NCBI GenBank assembly: GCA_024704765.1
Contig: JAKMXF010000044.1
Span: forward strand, 883,082 to 947,081
Length of the DNA: 64,000 nucleotides
Source of the DNA: Oopsacas minuta
Lineage: Eukaryota; Animalia; Porifera
Reading direction: 5' to 3'
The notes under the pieces are model-generated. The model was not told the origin of the DNA. It saw nothing but the letters and a program-made list of their open reading frames with translations, and did not search any database. The translations under genes were made by a program, and so were the position numbers. Positions 60,384 to 64,000 of the stretch are shown here, one piece after another. The stretch's first letter is position 1, and every line of letters begins with the position of its first letter.

Positions 60384-63357
60384 ATGAACAAGGCTCACAA
60401 ACGTCTCGCCCAGATTCGCTGTCTGCTGGAGTCAGTAGATTGCATGGATAAAGGAGAGAGTTTACCAGAGCCTCTGTGCTATGTTCCTTCCATTGTACCC
60501 TACGAGCACAGCGGAAAGGGCACCATTTCCGTATATGCTGAGCCTAAAGTAACATCTGCTACTGTCGGTAAGATATCTGATAAAGTGAAGCGAGTGAGTG
60601 CCACTAGTCAAGTAGAAACTAATTCTGAGGGGTTCTGGCTCAAACTGGCTTCTCGCGAAAAAGAAAAATTCTTTCCCGGAAGAGAGAGCGGTTGGGTAAT
60701 GCTAGATTCTATTTCCGGTCAATCCCCAAAAGCTACCCTGCAGGGTATAAAGAGTGATAAGTCAGATATCTCTAAGAACTGGATGGATACTGTTATAACT
60801 ACATTTTCTCTAAGCTTGTCCGAGAAAAATGACTTGTCTCCTCCTGATAAAAATATGACTAATCAGCTGAGAGATCCCCATCCTGACTGGAACATTGAAT
60901 TGGACTCTGACCTCTCAGAGTTCTTGTTTAAGAATGACACACCTTTCATAGCTAAGTCCCTTTCAGAACCAGTAGGATCTGACTATAGTAATGAATGGTT
61001 CTCATTCATACGTGCTAGTCATAATGACGATCTGTTACCAGAGATAGCAGGAGTAACAGAATGGGATGACGGGTGTTGTTCTTGGGACTACTCGGCCTCA
61101 TCAGGAGATAACGAAGATGTGTATATTCGTGTTCAAATGAGACAAGGTGTCGTGATGAAACAGCTGTCTTTACTTGTGGAACCAGATGATGACTGTCCTA
61201 AACATGTACAGGTTTGTATAGATATTTCTTAACTATAAGGAAAAACTGTATTGATATACTAGAAATATCCTGAGAGCACTGATTAACAATAATAGATAAT
61301 GTACCGCGTACCTAACCCATTTAGATTTGGATTTCTCAACAATGGGGAACAATGTATTTAATTTGAGTCGTGTTATGCCAGTTTATCGTATATCGTATTT
61401 CCCAGAACAAGCGCCTACCCAAACTAGTGATTAAACTATAATTTTATCCCTGGAATAATTTATGTATGAAATTGACACCTGCTTTTACGATGTAACCTAT
61501 TGGGATAATCATACGGGGATACGCCTAAGGTTGTTATTGCTAAAAATCACGAAATTGTTCAAAAAACCTAAAATTGCCACATAAAAATATGCACCAGACC
61601 GCTTATCCAGGCAATACGGTATTTCGATTATTATTCGTTATTATTCTCAGATATACGCAACACTAACTGGTACAGATATGCAACTGGTGGCAGATAGAAC
61701 ATTTGAATCTACAGATATAGACTCTACCTCACACAAACTCCCTCTACTAGAAACTCCATTCCGTAGCTACGTACAGGAGCTAGAGATACGCTTCTTGAGT
61801 AATATGGATGGGAAGCGACGGTTCACAGTGTTCGGATTTTCGGTTGAGAAGGGAATTCCCCTTGATGACATTGACTCAGGTTCTCTTGACATAAATATTT
61901 TTAATCAGAAGACCCTCACAGATTTCCTTCGTCTACAGGCCTTCGACCATTCATGTCTCTTCTATCGCTCTCTCTTACTAAAGAGGGTTGTAAAGCTAAT
62001 AGATGCAGTCCTGTATCTGATAATTCCTAAATGTGGGAATGACTCTTTTATTCTGGATAAGCTACAGTCAGTTAGGTTCTTATTCCCTCTGATATCAGAC
62101 CGTAAGGATCTGATTGAAAAGTACCTGTCTCTAACTGAGAGCAAGAGACCTTCACGTCCCTACATTGCTGTCAACCGCCATTTGGCTATTGAGCACAGGA
62201 GTAACCCTGCTAAAGATCGCAGTAACAAGAATACAGTATTTTTTCAATTGTTCAACAAGCTTGCAGCTAAAACCAACAGTAATTTCGACTATTGCTGGCC
62301 ACTCTCCTTCGATCAGTGGTGGGAGTGTAACATTGTGGGAGAGGGAGTCATAGATCAGGGGGGCGGGTTCAGAGACACAATAGCTGAGATGGCAGAGGAG
62401 CTCACCCCCTCCAGTTCCAACTCCCCCATGCCTCTCTCATTATTCATACGGTCTCCTAATCAGACACAAGACACAGAAAGTTTGCACAGGGACGCGTACA
62501 CACTCAACCCCAGCTGTCAGGACTGGGACAAGTACGTGTGGTTAGGTAAGCTGATGGGAGCTATGTTCAGAGGCAAGGAAAAACTACCATTAGCTGTGTC
62601 CCCATTCATATGGAAGCGACTAGTAGATCAGCCTGTAGGTTGGAAGGATTTTACCTCGATTCATTCCTCCGAGGTAGTATTCATAGACATGCTGTATGGA
62701 CTGGAGAGAGAAGAATTCCAATCTGTCTATGCTGATACACTCACATTTGACACTACACTCAGTAGTGGTAATTCTGTATGCTATAATACAGGAGAAGATC
62801 CAGGATCTACACCTGTAGATTACGAGAGTGTTCCTAAATTCTGTAAGTGGGTTAAAGAGGTACGGCTTAAAGAGTGTGACAAGCAGATTCGTGAGATTAG
62901 AAGAGGATTATCTAAAGTTATCACAGAGGCTGTACTGTCATTGTTGACGTGGCAGGAACTTGAAGAGAAAATATGTGGGAACCCTGTTATAACCATGGAT
63001 GATATGAAAAAGAACTTGCATTTTTGTGACATGAATTCAACCTCAGATGAAGCAAACTATCTTTGGTCAGCTTTGGAATCTTTCTCAAGTGAGGAGAGAT
63101 CAAAATTCTTACGATTTGTGACAGGTAGACGTAGACTACCAGCCTCGGTCACTGTATATCCAGCTTCTGAAGCAATTGACTCTCTCCCAACATCTGCTAC
63201 ATGTGGTTCTGCTATATATCTACCTGTATACAGTTCAGCTGAGAAATGTAGAGAACGTGTGCTTTATGCTATCACTACATGTGTTGCTATAGACGCTGAC
63301 AGATCTCCTTACGATTCTAGTTACAATGATGAAGATGATGATGATGATGATTGGTGA
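60384..63357 (+). CDS. HECTD3: HECT E3 ubiquitin ligase HECTD3; exons 60384-61211, 61651-63357
   Basis: N-terminal RLAQIRCLLES..LPEPLCYVP; DOC-like region; HECT DQWWEC..GEGVIDQGGGFRD, RSKFLRFVTGRRRLP, catalytic LPTSATC. Phase-0 GT-AG intron. Confidence 0.92.
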
Positions 63358-63863
63358 TGTATTATGCCGTATGTACGTATTTGTTTGAGCTACAACATAG
63401 ATTGGTGTTTGCAGTACATAGTGTATTTTATATCAGTAAGTAATTGTCTATGCATTTTATGTCTATTTCGAGTTTCTATAAGTATTATGAATGGCGGAAA
63501 GATGGTCGCGGGGAAAATTGGCCGCGGAAATTTCATCGCAAGGAAAATTGGTCGCTGGGAATGTAATTTAATTAGCACTGTAATGTATATGTATTGATTG
63601 TAGACTGTAATTCTATTGGTCAATACATTCTATTATATATTTATATACTGATTTATCATATAATTAATCATATTTTACACCTTTTGGTGAACTTTTCAAA
63701 AAATATCTAACAATATTAGTAAAATTCAATTTTATCTTTCTTTGCTTGTGGATATTTAGTTGAATAACATTGTTTCAATAATCCACTAAAATTAATTTGG
63801 GAATATTTATTATGTCGGCACAGACGGTGATTTGAGATTTGTTTTTTTGTGTTGAATACAAAC

Positions 63864-64000
63864 ATAATAGAGAGTGGAATAATGATAATAGGGAGTAGAA
63901 TATAATAGAGAGTGGAATAATGATAATAGGGAGTAGAATATAATAGAGAGTGGAATAATGATAATAGGGAGTAGAATATAATAGAGAGTGGAATAATGAT
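63864..64000. repeat. 38 bp tandem repeat, at least 3.6 copies, runs off the window
   Basis: Unit ATAATAGAGAGTGGAATAATG-ATAATAGGGAGTAGAAT starting at 63864, 63902, 63940 and 63978. Confidence 0.95.

Noticed and set aside
63864-64000. CRISPR array or telomere
   Set aside because: No unique spacers, no cas genes, eukaryotic context, and the unit does not match known telomeric motifs.
1-64000. tRNA, rRNA or other structured RNA genes
   Set aside because: None recognised by eye; tRNAscan-SE or Infernal would be needed to exclude them.

Overview
AT-rich, gene-dense animal genomic DNA with short GT-AG introns and many intronless genes. It resembles a compact early-branching animal genome such as a glass sponge, but that is inference only. 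Host genes: a Kelch-repeat/coiled-coil gene, two orphan ORFs, a TFAM-like HMG-box gene with a broken tandem copy, an AIG1/GIMAP GTPase, TBCD, MYO10 (11 exons), ABHD13, METTL22, HINT3, an ATP8B-type flippase (5 exons), WDR26 and HECTD3. A ~15 kb transposon island (12.2-27.7 kb) holds two P/THAP elements, a Ginger-like integrase, a full-length DD35D pogo, a 1.15 kb foldback, a Merlin element and MITEs. The main result is an apparently intact 5,374 bp KDZ/Zisupton-like DNA transposon (54066-59439) with an 8 bp TSD (GAAAATTG) and 36 bp TIRs, inserted in an L2/CR1 LINE relic. It carries two convergent spliced genes: a 7-exon transposase and a 4-exon protein that joins an NRF1-like DNA-binding domain, a Ulp1-type protease and a PHD finger. 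Its ends carry three perfect copies of the NRF1 consensus site GCGCATGCGC, so the element appears to encode both an NRF1-type binder and its binding sites. All homology calls are by eye against remembered family motifs; no database search was run.
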